Source: a virus (taxonomy: Duplodnaviria; Heunggongvirae; Uroviricota; Caudoviricetes). From it: DNA of 64,000 nt. Of the stretch, positions 27,037-36,968 are shown in pieces. The stretch is taken from IMG/VR virus record IMGVR_UViG_3300044984_001938; one strand, 5' to 3'. Position 1 is the stretch's first letter. Each line of letters opens with the position of its first letter. A model generated the notes under the pieces. That model saw only the letters and a program-made list of their open reading frames with translations. It searched no databases and was not told the origin of the DNA. The position numbers were made by a program, and so were the translations under genes.

Positions 27037-28239
27037 TTAAATCATTGATTTTGGTTCTAAAACTTGCTCTCTTGATATATCTATCTTGGTAATGTTATTT
27101 TCTCTGTATTTCTTCGTATTAAACATTGCCGGCATCAAAACTTTTTCTATTTCAGTGTGTAATCCACGTGCCCCTGTCTTGAGCTTTAAGCAGTTTTCAA
27201 CTATTTGATCCAATGCACTTGGAGAAAATGTCAACTTAATATTATCAATACTCAACAGATATTTGTACTGTTCAATATAGTTGTTTTTAACTTCAGTAAG
27301 AACTTTGAGTAATTCCTCTTTGTTTAATTCACCAATACTAACTGTAGTAGTGAAACGACCGATAAATTCGGGAATCATTCCATATTTGGTCAAATCATCT
27401 GGGGTAACTTCTTTAAGATCACCCTCTGCCTTTTTATCTTTGATATCTGCACTAAATCCAATATTAGAACCATTTTTACGATCACTGATCAAGTCTTTCA
27501 ACCCGACAAATGCACCTCCTGCTATGAATAGGATGTTTTTTGTATCAATTTCTAACATATCACCACCAGGATGCTTTCTACCACCTGCTGCTGGGATACG
27601 ACAAATTGTACCTTCTACTAATTTAAGCAATGCTTGTTGAACACCCTCACCCGACACATCACGGGTAATACTTGCACTTTCACTCTTGCGGGCAATCTTG
27701 TCAATTTCATCAACAAACACAATGCCGCGTTCCGCCAGTCTAGGATCTCCACCAGCAGCATTAACTAACATACTAATCATTGATTCAACATCATCACCCA
27801 CATAACCAGCTTCTGTCAAACTAGTAGCATCAGTTACAACAAAAGGAACTTTAAGATATTTTGCCACTGTCTTTGCCAGCAAAGTTTTACCTGATCCCGT
27901 GGGCCCGATCAGTAACACATTGCCCTTTTGAATTTCTAAGTCTTTTGGCGGATAGGTAATGCGTTTGTAATGATTAGCAATAGCAACACTCAATACCATT
28001 TTAGCATTATCTTGACCGATAACATGCTCATCTAAGTATTCCTTGATATCAGAAGGATCGTATTTAACTTCTTCTTTGGATTGAGTATCAACTACTAAAC
28101 TATCATCTTCAACCAAGTTATTACATAATACAATACAATCGCTGCAAATTGCAACATCTTCACTTACGATAAGTTTTTTAACTTTATCTTTGTGGGTGTT
28201 ACAAAAAGAACAATGTATTAGTTTATTTTCTGAAGTCAT
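27037..28239 (-). CDS. clpX: ATP-dependent Clp protease ATP-binding subunit ClpX
   Basis: N-terminal C4 zinc finger (CSFCNTH...CSDC), Walker [12 protein letters not shown], and the IGF-like loop region, at ClpX size (400 aa). Confidence 0.9.
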   Translation of the reverse strand: MTSENKLIHCSFCNTHKDKVKKLIVSEDVAICSDCIVLCNNLVEDDSLVVDTQSKEEVKYDPSDIKEYLDEHVIGQDNAKMVLSVAIANHYKRITYPPKDLEIQKGNVLLIGPTGSGKTLLAKTVAKYLKVPFVVTDATSLTEAGYVGDDVESMISMLVNAAGGDPRLAERGIVFVDEIDKIARKSESASITRDVSGEGVQQALLKLVEGTICRIPAAGGRKHPGGDMLEIDTKNILFIAGGAFVGLKDLISDRKNGSNIGFSADIKDKKAEGDLKEVTPDDLTKYGMIPEFIGRFTTTVSIGELNKEELLKVLTEVKNNYIEQYKYLLSIDNIKLTFSPSALDQIVENCLKLKTGARGLHTEIEKVLMPAMFNTKKYRENNITKIDISREQVLEPKSMI

Positions 28240-28294
28240 ATAGTAATTTTACCTTTTTGCAATTTGTCTTTGAGTCCTCTTACTTTGCTAAAGA

Positions 28295-29377
28295 TCATGT
28301 AATGTTTTCCAGTAAGTTTGTTGCACTAAAAAAGTTATGATGCATAAGTTCTCGGGTTTGAATTATTTTCTCAAAATGCAATGAACCATCCATCTCTGTC
28401 ATTATAGTACGTATATGCTCAACTAACCTATCTTTAAATTGTAAGTAACTATTAAAGCTATCTGACCATCTAGAATCATATTTAAATGCACTTGGATACA
28501 TTTCTGTATAACTTAGTCTATTAGGAACTAATGGAAATGCATTAACACATAATGCTTCAAAGCAACTGATACCTAATGTTTCTTGTAAGTTTGCACTAAA
28601 CACAATTTTACTTTTACCTAACAATGTATGATATTCATGTTTAGATAGGTGTTGATCCTGTGCAATAACAAATTTATATTCTGGTAATGCTTCTGCCAAG
28701 TCCCTAAAGATATCAAGTTGCTTTTCAGGAGCAATACGATGTGGAAACAAAATGATGTTTTCTTTTTCTAAATTGCTATATGTCACTAGCGTATCTTTAA
28801 GATACTCCATTGGCCAGCCAGTCTTTACAATTTTCTTAGACATTATCAATGATTTCTTTGCTTCCGGAAGCAAAAAGCAATCACTCCATAATTGTATATG
28901 AAAGTCTGTTGCAAAGTAATTATGATTAATAGCTTCAAAGAAACTACATTCTGCATGTCTGACCCATTTAGCATCACCGATAATTCGTCCCAAGAAGTCT
29001 TGAGGGTCATAACTGCCAGCATGCCATAATCCGTGTATAGTCCAGTTGAAGCCTAATAGGTCTGACATATATTTCAGTTGGATCACTGTGGGGTTCCACG
29101 CATCTGTAAAGATAAAGTGATCGTCGGGGCCAGTCTTGCCTTGATTGTGCTGTTCTAAGAACGCACACATTTGAGCACTCTTCCAATAGTTAGTATCGGA
29201 GAAGTTTAAGAACGCACCCGGAGTCAGTTGGCTGTTCTTCTGAACACCATCTACTTGAACCACATTAAAACGGTCGCCTAACTTGTTCTTGAGTAGAGCG
29301 GGCACATGACTGTGCCACTGTGCTGTATAGCGAGTCTCAATAGGCTCCAGCGAGAATATCCATATTGTTGATTTCAA
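28295..29377 (-). CDS. glycosyltransferase, GT-B fold (GT4-like)
   Basis: The C-terminal half has the GT4 pattern FPHRIAPEKQ...KIVFSANLQETLGISCFEALCVNAFPLV (R..PEK ... E-x7-E). Confidence 0.5.
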   Translation of the reverse strand: MKSTIWIFSLEPIETRYTAQWHSHVPALLKNKLGDRFNVVQVDGVQKNSQLTPGAFLNFSDTNYWKSAQMCAFLEQHNQGKTGPDDHFIFTDAWNPTVIQLKYMSDLLGFNWTIHGLWHAGSYDPQDFLGRIIGDAKWVRHAECSFFEAINHNYFATDFHIQLWSDCFLLPEAKKSLIMSKKIVKTGWPMEYLKDTLVTYSNLEKENIILFPHRIAPEKQLDIFRDLAEALPEYKFVIAQDQHLSKHEYHTLLGKSKIVFSANLQETLGISCFEALCVNAFPLVPNRLSYTEMYPSAFKYDSRWSDSFNSYLQFKDRLVEHIRTIMTEMDGSLHFEKIIQTRELMHHNFFSATNLLENIT

Positions 29378-29438
29378 AGTTGTCTCCTATACGAGTTAGT
29401 TAAAGATAATAGTATTATAGACTATATTGGATTAAAGA

Positions 29439-31127
29439 TCAATCGCGTTTGGTCAAATATTCTTCAATTTGCTGTCTTTCAATATCAGACAACAATTCAA
29501 TATCATACTCGCCCGCTTCAATCTTTTTGATCAAATACTTGATATATTCTTGGTCATGCAAGTAGCTAGTTGATTGGTCTTTATTAATAATGATCCATCT
29601 GTTTCCGTCAAATTTGTAAACCTTATTTGGTAAGGCATCTACTCGTACAAAGGTATCACCTTTTGTGGATACAGATGGAAATGTAGTGCCAAAACTAGTT
29701 TTGCTCTCTCTTCCTGTATCAGTGAATAATTTCAACATATCTGGATGCTTACCCAATAACACATCTTTATGCATGTGCTTACCGTCAAACATTACATATC
29801 CGCCTTCTAAATTTTCAAAAGAAATAGTATTGGCTACGATTTTATCAGCTAATTCAGTTTTAGGTATTTCTTTAAAAGCAGGACCTGTTTGTATCCATTC
29901 ACCATCAACTTTTATACCTTCAAAGTTTGGATCTTGATCAACAATTTTCTCAGTAGAATCTCTAGTCATTTCTTTTTCATCTACAGATTCTATTGATAAC
30001 GATCCAAACGGAATATAAGTAATTTCAATTGGTTCTTTATCTTTTAAATAAGGTCCATCAAATACATCACACTTTTTATTTGGGCAGAACGGACCAATTC
30101 CAGGAGCATCAACTAATGGTGTACCGCACTTATAACAAGGCTCTAATGTATCATAGCTTGGTTCTGGGTTGTATACTTGAATCGGAGCAGGTTCTATTCC
30201 AGGTGGGGTATGACTGCCTGCAGGTTTAAACAAATATGGATGATCTTTAATATCAAATTCTTTTACAGGTTCTTCTTCAATTTTGGATTTAGGTTCATCA
30301 ACTGTTTCTAGTAGATCATCTGTGCGCTCTTGGTGATCAATCTCTGATTCAAGTTCTTCATTGTCCCAGTCTTTGCTTGCATTAGCAGCTAGAACAAGTG
30401 CAATAGCAAGTGGATCAAATACGATAACAAGTAATATAATAACCCATCGTACTGCTTTTTCTAAAAGATTTTGATCAGGATCATCGCCGTATAGCAATGC
30501 TGCTATGTATTTGATCGGACCAACCTCTGCTTCTACTTTTCTAACCTCAGCAGCAATAGGCGCGCGGGCATCGTTAAGTACCGCGATAGACTTCTGCGAC
30601 TGTAGTATTTCATTTTGAAGTCTGATCCGTTCTTTCTGCTGAGACTTACGCATAACCACAGCTTTCTCGGCACCTTTTTCATCGGTTGATCGGCCTAAAA
30701 CTTGATCCACTCCCTCATCCATTTGTTTTAGTGCCTTACGATTTGCTTCAATATTCTCTTTTTCTGTTTTAATCTTCTCATCATAAATTGCTATCTTGGC
30801 TTGCACATCACCTGAGGTAACACCTTGATCCATGTGTGCTTTACTTAAAAAGCCAAAAATACCCATACTGGTAATCAATGCAATAGCTATTACAGCAGGC
30901 ACTAAGTACAGTTTAATTAACCAACCGGCACGATTCCAATACTTACGCAGCCAAACTGTTGTGGTTATCTTTGCAAGTTCAAGTACTGAACCCATGATGA
31001 TTACTGGAATCACTGCCCCGGCAAAAATAGTAGTTAACCCAATAATACTATACCATGCGGCGATAGTACTAAGGATTAATGCTACTAATAGTGTGAAATT
31101 GGAAAAACTGAATATTCTTTTGAGCAT
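29439..31127 (-). CDS. hypothetical membrane protein with coiled coil and C-terminal zinc-ribbon-like motif
   Basis: N-terminal TM helices, a long charged coiled-coil region, and CYKCGTPLVDAPGIGPFCPNKKC. Confidence 0.5.
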   Translation of the reverse strand: MLKRIFSFSNFTLLVALILSTIAAWYSIIGLTTIFAGAVIPVIIMGSVLELAKITTTVWLRKYWNRAGWLIKLYLVPAVIAIALITSMGIFGFLSKAHMDQGVTSGDVQAKIAIYDEKIKTEKENIEANRKALKQMDEGVDQVLGRSTDEKGAEKAVVMRKSQQKERIRLQNEILQSQKSIAVLNDARAPIAAEVRKVEAEVGPIKYIAALLYGDDPDQNLLEKAVRWVIILLVIVFDPLAIALVLAANASKDWDNEELESEIDHQERTDDLLETVDEPKSKIEEEPVKEFDIKDHPYLFKPAGSHTPPGIEPAPIQVYNPEPSYDTLEPCYKCGTPLVDAPGIGPFCPNKKCDVFDGPYLKDKEPIEITYIPFGSLSIESVDEKEMTRDSTEKIVDQDPNFEGIKVDGEWIQTGPAFKEIPKTELADKIVANTISFENLEGGYVMFDGKHMHKDVLLGKHPDMLKLFTDTGRESKTSFGTTFPSVSTKGDTFVRVDALPNKVYKFDGNRWIIINKDQSTSYLHDQEYIKYLIKKIEAGEYDIELLSDIERQQIEEYLTKRD

Positions 31128-31161
31128 TGTTTATTTAGTCTGTAATAGACTACCTAAATAG

Positions 31162-31359
31162 TCATTCAAATAACTGTCCGTAGATTTCAATGAATTGATC
31201 TAAATTTAATATTAATTTCTGTGGAATACCAGGACCTTGATAAGCCAAATAAGTAACACTAGCACCGCCGCGCAGTTCATCTTGTTCTCTTACTTGGATT
31301 ATCTCCATCCTATTGCCATCCTCAAAGGTATATGATTTACCTACTAAAGGATGTGTCAT
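31162..31359 (-). CDS. hypothetical protein
   Basis: 65-aa ORF. Confidence 0.35.
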   Translation of the reverse strand: MTHPLVGKSYTFEDGNRMEIIQVREQDELRGGASVTYLAYQGPGIPQKLILNLDQFIEIYGQLFE

Positions 31360-31580
31360 ACAACGTGGCCAAGCATCTGATAAATCAACTGATCCAATTC
31401 TTCTTGATAGTTGTCATTTTTAATCCTACGCTTTAACCAGATCGCTTCTAGCAATTCTTTAGCAGTATCATCTTCTCCTGCTGATCCACGACTTGCTAAT
31501 TCTTCAACTAGCTCCTTGGTCTCAAACTCGCTCAAGTCAACTTCAATTTCAACTTCAACTTCTTTGTAAAATAATGCCAT
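31356..31580 (-). CDS. hypothetical acidic protein
   Basis: 74 aa with ATGA overlap. Confidence 0.35.
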   Translation of the reverse strand: MALFYKEVEVEIEVDLSEFETKELVEELASRGSAGEDDTAKELLEAIWLKRRIKNDNYQEELDQLIYQMLGHVV

Positions 31581-31597
31581 GATTTATTCATTCAATG

Positions 31598-32392
31598 TCA
31601 TTTGGTCATCATCAATGCGTTAAAGTTTGAAGGAACAACAATTGTCTGCACTTTGCCATTCTTGATACCTTCACTAATGTTCAACATGGCCTGTGCCTGC
31701 ATGAATGCAATTGAACTACCGCTGTTGTTAGCCAATGCTGCCATACGACGGCTTTCAGCCTCAGCAGTCTTAACTTCAACTTCTTTCTGCTTGAGTTCGT
31801 TCTTGGCTTTGACTAATTCATTAGCACTTGCCACAACTGAATCTGCTGGTACTACATTACGAATCAACACTTGACTGATCATAATGCTACCATCCAGCTT
31901 TTCTTCAGTAAGATTGCGAACAATTTCTTCCTTGATGAAGTTTTCCATATCGCTACGAGCATCTGCCATGTCCAGGGCCTCGTACTTACGGGCTGCCTTG
32001 TAGATGGCATTACGAGCATTTTGCACAATGTAATTGTACATCACATAAGTATCACCCTTGAATTCAGTGTGGAAGCTCTTGTTCTTAGTAGAATATAGCT
32101 CTGCTACTTGTGCAGGGTTGATGTTATAGACAACCACAGCATCAAAGTCTTTCATTGTTGAGTTGTCTTTGGCAACGGGAGTCATATCATTCAACGGGAC
32201 ATTGACATCTTTAATCGGGAATGTAAGTACATCTCCGATCAATACTTGATTGAACGAGCCGGGCAAGAGTTCACCACTTTGTACCTGCTTGTCAAATCCC
32301 ACACGCACACCCACCTCACCGGTTTCAATACGAGTGCAACCTGTTGCCAATACTGCCGCAGCAAGAACGGAGAGAGTTAAAATACGCTTCAT
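31598..32392 (-). CDS. lipoprotein with SPFH/band-7 (prohibitin/HflC-like) domain
   Basis: Lipobox LATGC after the signal peptide. Core segments TGEVGV, DAVVVYNINP and the alanine-rich coiled C-terminal region are typical of SPFH proteins. Confidence 0.45.
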   Translation of the reverse strand: MKRILTLSVLAAAVLATGCTRIETGEVGVRVGFDKQVQSGELLPGSFNQVLIGDVLTFPIKDVNVPLNDMTPVAKDNSTMKDFDAVVVYNINPAQVAELYSTKNKSFHTEFKGDTYVMYNYIVQNARNAIYKAARKYEALDMADARSDMENFIKEEIVRNLTEEKLDGSIMISQVLIRNVVPADSVVASANELVKAKNELKQKEVEVKTAEAESRRMAALANNSGSSIAFMQAQAMLNISEGIKNGKVQTIVVPSNFNALMMTK

Positions 32393-32401
32393 GTTTTTTC
32401 C

Positions 32402-32578
32402 TTAAAATAAAATTACAATTACAGTTATTACTAGAACAGCTAGCAATGAGACAAGTATACTATAGACAGCAGTTTTTGTCAATGACCAACGCTCTTTTCT
32501 TTCCATCTTTCGCCAGACAGTAATACCAAAATGAATCAATGCTGCAAAGATAATAAATGCCAACCAAAGTTTAATCAT
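32402..32578 (-). CDS. small membrane protein (58 aa, not in ORF track)
   Basis: Hand-translated as MIKLWLAFIIFAALIHFGITVWRKMERKERWSLTKTAVYSILVSLLAVLVITVIVILF. It is preceded by an orphan copy of the family junction motif. Confidence 0.35.
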   Translation of the reverse strand: MIKLWLAFIIFAALIHFGITVWRKMERKERWSLTKTAVYSILVSLLAVLVITVIVILF

Positions 32579-32621
32579 CATTCAACTCCAAAATGTTCAA
32601 GCAGTAATAAAAGGTCAACTG

Positions 32622-33968
32622 TTATTTGTCAGTGCGGAATGTCTTGAATCTGGGAAACCGGAGACTGTATGATCCATCCTGATTCTGAGTAATAGCATCA
32701 GCCATTACTACAATAGTTTGACCAATAACTGAATATCCATCATTCCAGTATGCTTGTCGTTCTTCATCGGTGTACCCACTACCCACATTAACTACAATGT
32801 GCTTACCATCATCAATTCCTTCGCAAACAAGAGCGCCCATACGACCTACATTCTTACCAGTACCTTCTTCAATCGCAATAACGGTTAAATCATAGTCATA
32901 CACCGGTTTATATTTCATCCAACTAGTTGACCTCTTGCATTCGTAAGGTGCATCTACTGATTTTATCATAACGCCCTCAAAGCCAGCGTTTACCATATCT
33001 GTACAATATCTACTAAACTGATCCTTACCTGCTGCGGTGTCAAGATCAACCATAATATGGGGTAGCAATTCCATATTGGTCATTGCTTCAATTACAGGAC
33101 GCATTGCATCAAGCAATTCAATACGCTTACTCAAAGGAGCATTCCACTGTCCTTTACGGAAATCTTGTAGTGGGATAATATCAAACACATTGAACACACT
33201 ATCTGCTGCTTGTACATTATCCTTACGCCGTGCTTGTCGCATAAGTTCTTGGAATGAGTTGCCAATCACTTCACCGTCAAGTACAAAACCATTAACCAGA
33301 CTACGACCTTGATCTACACCTGCACATGCACGAACCATTAGGGTCCAATTAGCATGAATCTGTTCTTCAATATGACCAAAGTTCTCAAACACTTTACCAT
33401 TGCGGCTATAGCAAACTACAGTGATGCCAAAGTCGCTAGGGATAACCGTGAACAATGCCCGAACCCCATCTAGTTTGGGTTCAAGCCGTTTTGTACCCTT
33501 CATTTCAGGACGACCTTCACCATTGGCTGCTAGTTGACAGCTAAAGATTGGGATTTCGTATTCAGTCTTTTTACAGATTTTGTTGATAGTAGTTGATGAG
33601 ATACCCACACGAAGGTCTCTGCGTAACACTGGTGCTAAGAAAGTATTCCATTCATTACTATCAAACCGTTCAGCTAAACTGTGTACCGCATCTCGTGCAG
33701 CATGACCGGTCAATTTTCGTTGACTAAGATCGGTCAGTAGTTGATTAAAATCATCCCAGGGATTTTCTGCGTCAACGATTCCCGCAGTATCGGGAATCTG
33801 TTTAACACCAAAAACCAAGTACGGGTTATAGCAGGCTTTTGCAAATTTCAAAAAATTTTGAGCATTTGTACTACCCAGGACACTCGCCTCTAATGCTTGC
33901 AATACTACATCTTCTTTGTGAAGGCGACTATTTGATAGATTTAATTTTGTTATCCATGAAGCTGACAT
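32622..33968 (-). CDS. ATP-dependent DNA ligase
   Basis: Motif I EPKLDGVRALF (KxDGxR) sits in a 448-aa protein, a size consistent with phage ATP ligases. Confidence 0.7.
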   Translation of the reverse strand: MSASWITKLNLSNSRLHKEDVVLQALEASVLGSTNAQNFLKFAKACYNPYLVFGVKQIPDTAGIVDAENPWDDFNQLLTDLSQRKLTGHAARDAVHSLAERFDSNEWNTFLAPVLRRDLRVGISSTTINKICKKTEYEIPIFSCQLAANGEGRPEMKGTKRLEPKLDGVRALFTVIPSDFGITVVCYSRNGKVFENFGHIEEQIHANWTLMVRACAGVDQGRSLVNGFVLDGEVIGNSFQELMRQARRKDNVQAADSVFNVFDIIPLQDFRKGQWNAPLSKRIELLDAMRPVIEAMTNMELLPHIMVDLDTAAGKDQFSRYCTDMVNAGFEGVMIKSVDAPYECKRSTSWMKYKPVYDYDLTVIAIEEGTGKNVGRMGALVCEGIDDGKHIVVNVGSGYTDEERQAYWNDGYSVIGQTIVVMADAITQNQDGSYSLRFPRFKTFRTDK

Positions 33969-33980
33969 TGTTTTTCCTAT

Positions 33981-34199
33981 TTAAATTTTTGTTTTGTTAC
34001 GGGTAGTAGCCGCTACTGCACGGGCACGACATTCAGCAGTTACTTCTGGGGGTACATTTTCATAATCAGCTAGATTGTTACACTCATATTCAATGACAAC
34101 AGTGTTGGGATCATCTGTACACAAATTCTCAGGATCCGGTCGTAGCGCAAGCATCAGTGTTATGAGGAGAAGTCCCCCAATTGTAATATTTTTTGTCAT
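33981..34199 (-). CDS. small secreted Cys-containing protein
   Basis: Signal-peptide-like N-terminus ITIGGLLLITLMLAL and four Cys. Confidence 0.35.
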   Translation of the reverse strand: MTKNITIGGLLLITLMLALRPDPENLCTDDPNTVVIEYECNNLADYENVPPEVTAECRARAVAATTRNKTKI

Positions 34200-34543
34200 G
34201 TTATCACTAAACTATTCTTTTCATTTTTCAAGATGTTGACCAACTGACGATTGCGTTCATCTTGTTCTTTGCGTTCACGCTTTTTGACATCGCTAATCTT
34301 TAGCATTTGATCATAATCACGCGCCCACACTACACCTTGCATAAACTTGCCAGCCTCTTCCAATGATCCAACAAATAAGACAGCATCACGACAATAGATA
34401 GGCAATGAATCTTTATCTTTGGGAACCAATGCTATAGTTTCACCATAAGTATTATCGTATTTATTTGAGGCAAACTTCATTCCGATCTGATCGGTCATTT
34501 CTTCTAACTTGCGAATTTTTTGAATTGTAACCCAGCCTAACAT
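34196..34543 (-). CDS. hypothetical protein
   Basis: 115-aa ORF with ATGA overlap. Confidence 0.4.
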   Translation of the reverse strand: MLGWVTIQKIRKLEEMTDQIGMKFASNKYDNTYGETIALVPKDKDSLPIYCRDAVLFVGSLEEAGKFMQGVVWARDYDQMLKISDVKKRERKEQDERNRQLVNILKNEKNSLVIT

Positions 34544-34544
34544 A

Positions 34545-34907
34545 TTATGCTTTCAATGTTTCCCAAATATATTCTTTTTCCATCTTTTCAACCCACTTGG
34601 TTCTGATACCACCTTCATCATGCAACCAAGCTATTACATTTTCATTACATCCCCAGCTAGTTGGCGGGAGTCTTGATTCAGTAGTTAACCATTTGACAAT
34701 CTCAAAGATAACATGCTTGTTGGCATTGTCTGCGCTTGATACGGCTCCATACAAATTATTAGTAAGTATGCTTGTGAGAAAACCACCAGGCGGGTAACCT
34801 TTAAGGAAATAATTGTCCAATGCTTCCATTGTATGCTCAGGAAAAGCTAACTCACCCAATCGACGACTTTCTTTCTGTTTTGAAACCAGTGATAATTTTT
34901 TAGTCAT
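34545..34907 (-). CDS. hypothetical protein
   Basis: 120-aa ORF. Confidence 0.4.
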   Translation of the reverse strand: MTKKLSLVSKQKESRRLGELAFPEHTMEALDNYFLKGYPPGGFLTSILTNNLYGAVSSADNANKHVIFEIVKWLTTESRLPPTSWGCNENVIAWLHDEGGIRTKWVEKMEKEYIWETLKA

Positions 34908-35029
34908 GCTAATTCAAAAATAACATTAGTCCCGTGTTTTACATCTTCACCGACTCCCTTGACTGCTCCCGCTATTGTACTGCATCCTGAGATAAAAGTC
35001 AATAGCAATATACCCAATATCGTTTTCAT
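34904..35029 (-). CDS. entericidin-like small lipoprotein (41 aa, not in ORF track)
   Basis: Hand-translated as MKTILGILLLTFISGCSTIAGAVKGVGEDVKHGTNVIFELA. It has a lipobox and the GVGEDV..G core of EcnA/EcnB. Its stop overlaps the next ATG (ATGA). Confidence 0.55.
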   Translation of the reverse strand: MKTILGILLLTFISGCSTIAGAVKGVGEDVKHGTNVIFELA

Positions 35030-35667
35030 GCGATTACCTTTACCCGATTCAATTGAGTAACATTGTCACGGTGTGCTTTGACAGTGCCCTGCAGGTCAAC
35101 CATCATACCCACTTCTAGTTGATGTTTGAATGCAAAGAACAACACTTGGTCATCACTGGTGATGCCAGTGACATAGTTGGTGTCCCATTGTTGCGAATAG
35201 AAAGTTTTGAGAACTTCAATCCTGACCGAGACTTTATCAGTCAGTTGGCCAATGAATCCACCGGTAGCAAACGCAACTCGCTGGTCCACAGTTTGTCGTT
35301 TCATGCCACGCTCGTAGCATGAAGGCAAACTAGTGAGTACTGCGATATCATAATTAGTTTCAATAGTTTCACGATTGGCAAGTAGCATTGCAGTGTTGTC
35401 AAACTCCGACAACTTGATACCTTTAAGGATTTTGAATGTGAATGCTTGATAGAACTGTCGAACCAATTTACCTTGCTCAACATCTTCTGCGGTAATCATA
35501 CTGGGTTCAGCAAGCAAATTCAGTACCAATCGGCGATTAGTTTGACCAGCGGGAGCATCTGCATCAACCTTGATATAACCTTGATTGAGGCGTTGTGCTT
35601 GACAGGCCGCAGCCCATGCGTCATCAGCGTTGATATTCAGGAGAGCAGGTTTGTGATAGTTAGCCAT
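35026..35667 (-). CDS. hypothetical protein (early gene)
   Basis: 213-aa ORF directly downstream of promoter copy 4. Confidence 0.5.
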   Translation of the reverse strand: MANYHKPALLNINADDAWAAACQAQRLNQGYIKVDADAPAGQTNRRLVLNLLAEPSMITAEDVEQGKLVRQFYQAFTFKILKGIKLSEFDNTAMLLANRETIETNYDIAVLTSLPSCYERGMKRQTVDQRVAFATGGFIGQLTDKVSVRIEVLKTFYSQQWDTNYVTGITSDDQVLFFAFKHQLEVGMMVDLQGTVKAHRDNVTQLNRVKVIA

Positions 35668-35679
35668 TTTGAGTCCTTT

Positions 35680-35738
35680 AATTAACTGTCTAAGATTGTA
35701 TTATATACCCAAATTCATTTAATGTCAAATTTGGTTAA
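35680..35738 (-). promoter_or_regulatory. sigma70-type promoter with conserved leader (copy 4)
   Basis: -35 TTGACA at 35738-35733, 17-nt spacer, -10 TATAAT at 35715-35710, with the conserved cctttaattaactgtctaag leader. Confidence 0.7.
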
Positions 35739-36054
35739 TTGCGGACACCCGAATCTCAGCACTATCAACTTTGATACTGCGACTATAAACAGTGTTTTTG
35801 AACTTTTCACGCAGGTTGTATTTGCGATATTTGTCCAATGTCAGTGTCTTACCTTTAGTGCCAATTCCACCGCGACCCATAGAAATCAATGTATTCAATT
35901 GCTTGGAAAAGTAATAGTTACTATGTGTCAAATCAACGCCAATACCATTAGAGACAATGCGTTTGAGTTTATATACACTAGTAGGTCCTACAACACCTTC
36001 AACAAGTTTGTATTCAGCATTTTTAGAGAATTCAGCATAGTCAGATAAAATCAT
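35725..36054 (-). CDS. hypothetical protein (early gene)
   Basis: 109-aa ORF downstream of promoter copy 5. Confidence 0.45.
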   Translation of the reverse strand: MILSDYAEFSKNAEYKLVEGVVGPTSVYKLKRIVSNGIGVDLTHSNYYFSKQLNTLISMGRGGIGTKGKTLTLDKYRKYNLREKFKNTVYSRSIKVDSAEIRVSAINQI

Positions 36055-36059
36055 TTTGA

Positions 36060-36115
36060 GTCCTTTAATTAACTGTCTAAGATTGTATTATATACCCAAA
36101 TTCATTTAATGTCAA
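36060..36115 (-). promoter_or_regulatory. sigma70-type promoter with conserved leader (copy 5)
   Basis: -35 TTGACA at 36115-36110, 17-nt spacer, -10 TATAAT at 36092-36087. Confidence 0.7.
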
Positions 36116-36156
36116 GGCAGAAACGCCCCAATTAAGGGGCATTATTTGGGTAAGAA

Positions 36157-36426
36157 TTACTTCTTAGGTGTGTTTTGGTTTACGAAAGCATACATCTTTT
36201 CAGCAGTTTCCAATACTTTGTCAAGTCCCGGGAACTCTGGCATACCAAATTTGGTTAAGATGCTACCGTCTTGGGCTTTTGATTGAGCCATTTCCCAGCC
36301 TTGCCATTTGTATGAAAACTCTTGGCTAGTAAGGTGCTGTGCTTGTTTAAGAATCTCGGTACGAATCTCGTAACCGTTTTTTGATACCCGAATTTCGGGC
36401 ATCTTGGGAAAAGTATTTTCTGACAT
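36157..36426 (-). CDS. hypothetical protein
   Basis: 89-aa ORF. A GC hairpin (cgcccc..ggggc at 36124-36140) lies just downstream. Confidence 0.4.
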   Translation of the reverse strand: MSENTFPKMPEIRVSKNGYEIRTEILKQAQHLTSQEFSYKWQGWEMAQSKAQDGSILTKFGMPEFPGLDKVLETAEKMYAFVNQNTPKK

Positions 36427-36503
36427 ATTAATCTCCTTATGTGTTAATGTCGGTGTGTGAATGGCTTATTTTATCAGTCTTTGCCTTGACTATTTCACCC
36501 TCA

Positions 36504-36752
36504 TTATGAGGATAACTTGTTTTTACTGATACTGTCAGCAGCATAAGACAACATCTCTATTGTATTCTTTGCTAGCATCTTTGCAAAGACTGTTTGGGCA
36601 TCTATAAAGTCATTGGCAACTTTATTTAATCTCTCGTCTTTGTAAATTTGATTAGTTGCCATCCTTTTTGAGGATTGAATCAGATCAATATAAAATTCAG
36701 GTGTAAACATAATATTTCCTTTGTGTGTGTAATGAGTTTTTACAGAACTCAT
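36504..36752 (-). CDS. hypothetical protein
   Basis: 82-aa ORF. Confidence 0.35.
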   Translation of the reverse strand: MSSVKTHYTHKGNIMFTPEFYIDLIQSSKRMATNQIYKDERLNKVANDFIDAQTVFAKMLAKNTIEMLSYAADSISKNKLSS

Positions 36753-36968
36753 AACTGTATTTATACTTCAATATAGGTTTCTCTATACTTCTGCATAGCT
36801 TTTGCTCTGGCAACTGCTAATCTTACGATTACATAATCAGATAATGGTTCATCATCTAAATCTATAACCTTTATGTCTACTTCGTAGACTTTAGGACGAC
36901 TGTATGCACGATGACAGTCCAAATCTTCTGGGCCATCATCGTCCCTATTATTGTCGTCTATTGTTAGA

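Noticed and set aside
28295-29377. Possible T4 alpha- or beta-glucosyltransferase homolog
   Set aside because: No convincing colinearity with T4 Agt or Bgt sequences. Only a generic GT4 C-terminal motif is seen, so it is called a generic GT-B glycosyltransferase.
36116-36156. GC hairpin cgcccc-aatta-ggggc as a rho-independent terminator
   Set aside because: The stem is short and the T-run on the transcribed (minus) strand is weak. It is noted only in feature evidence.
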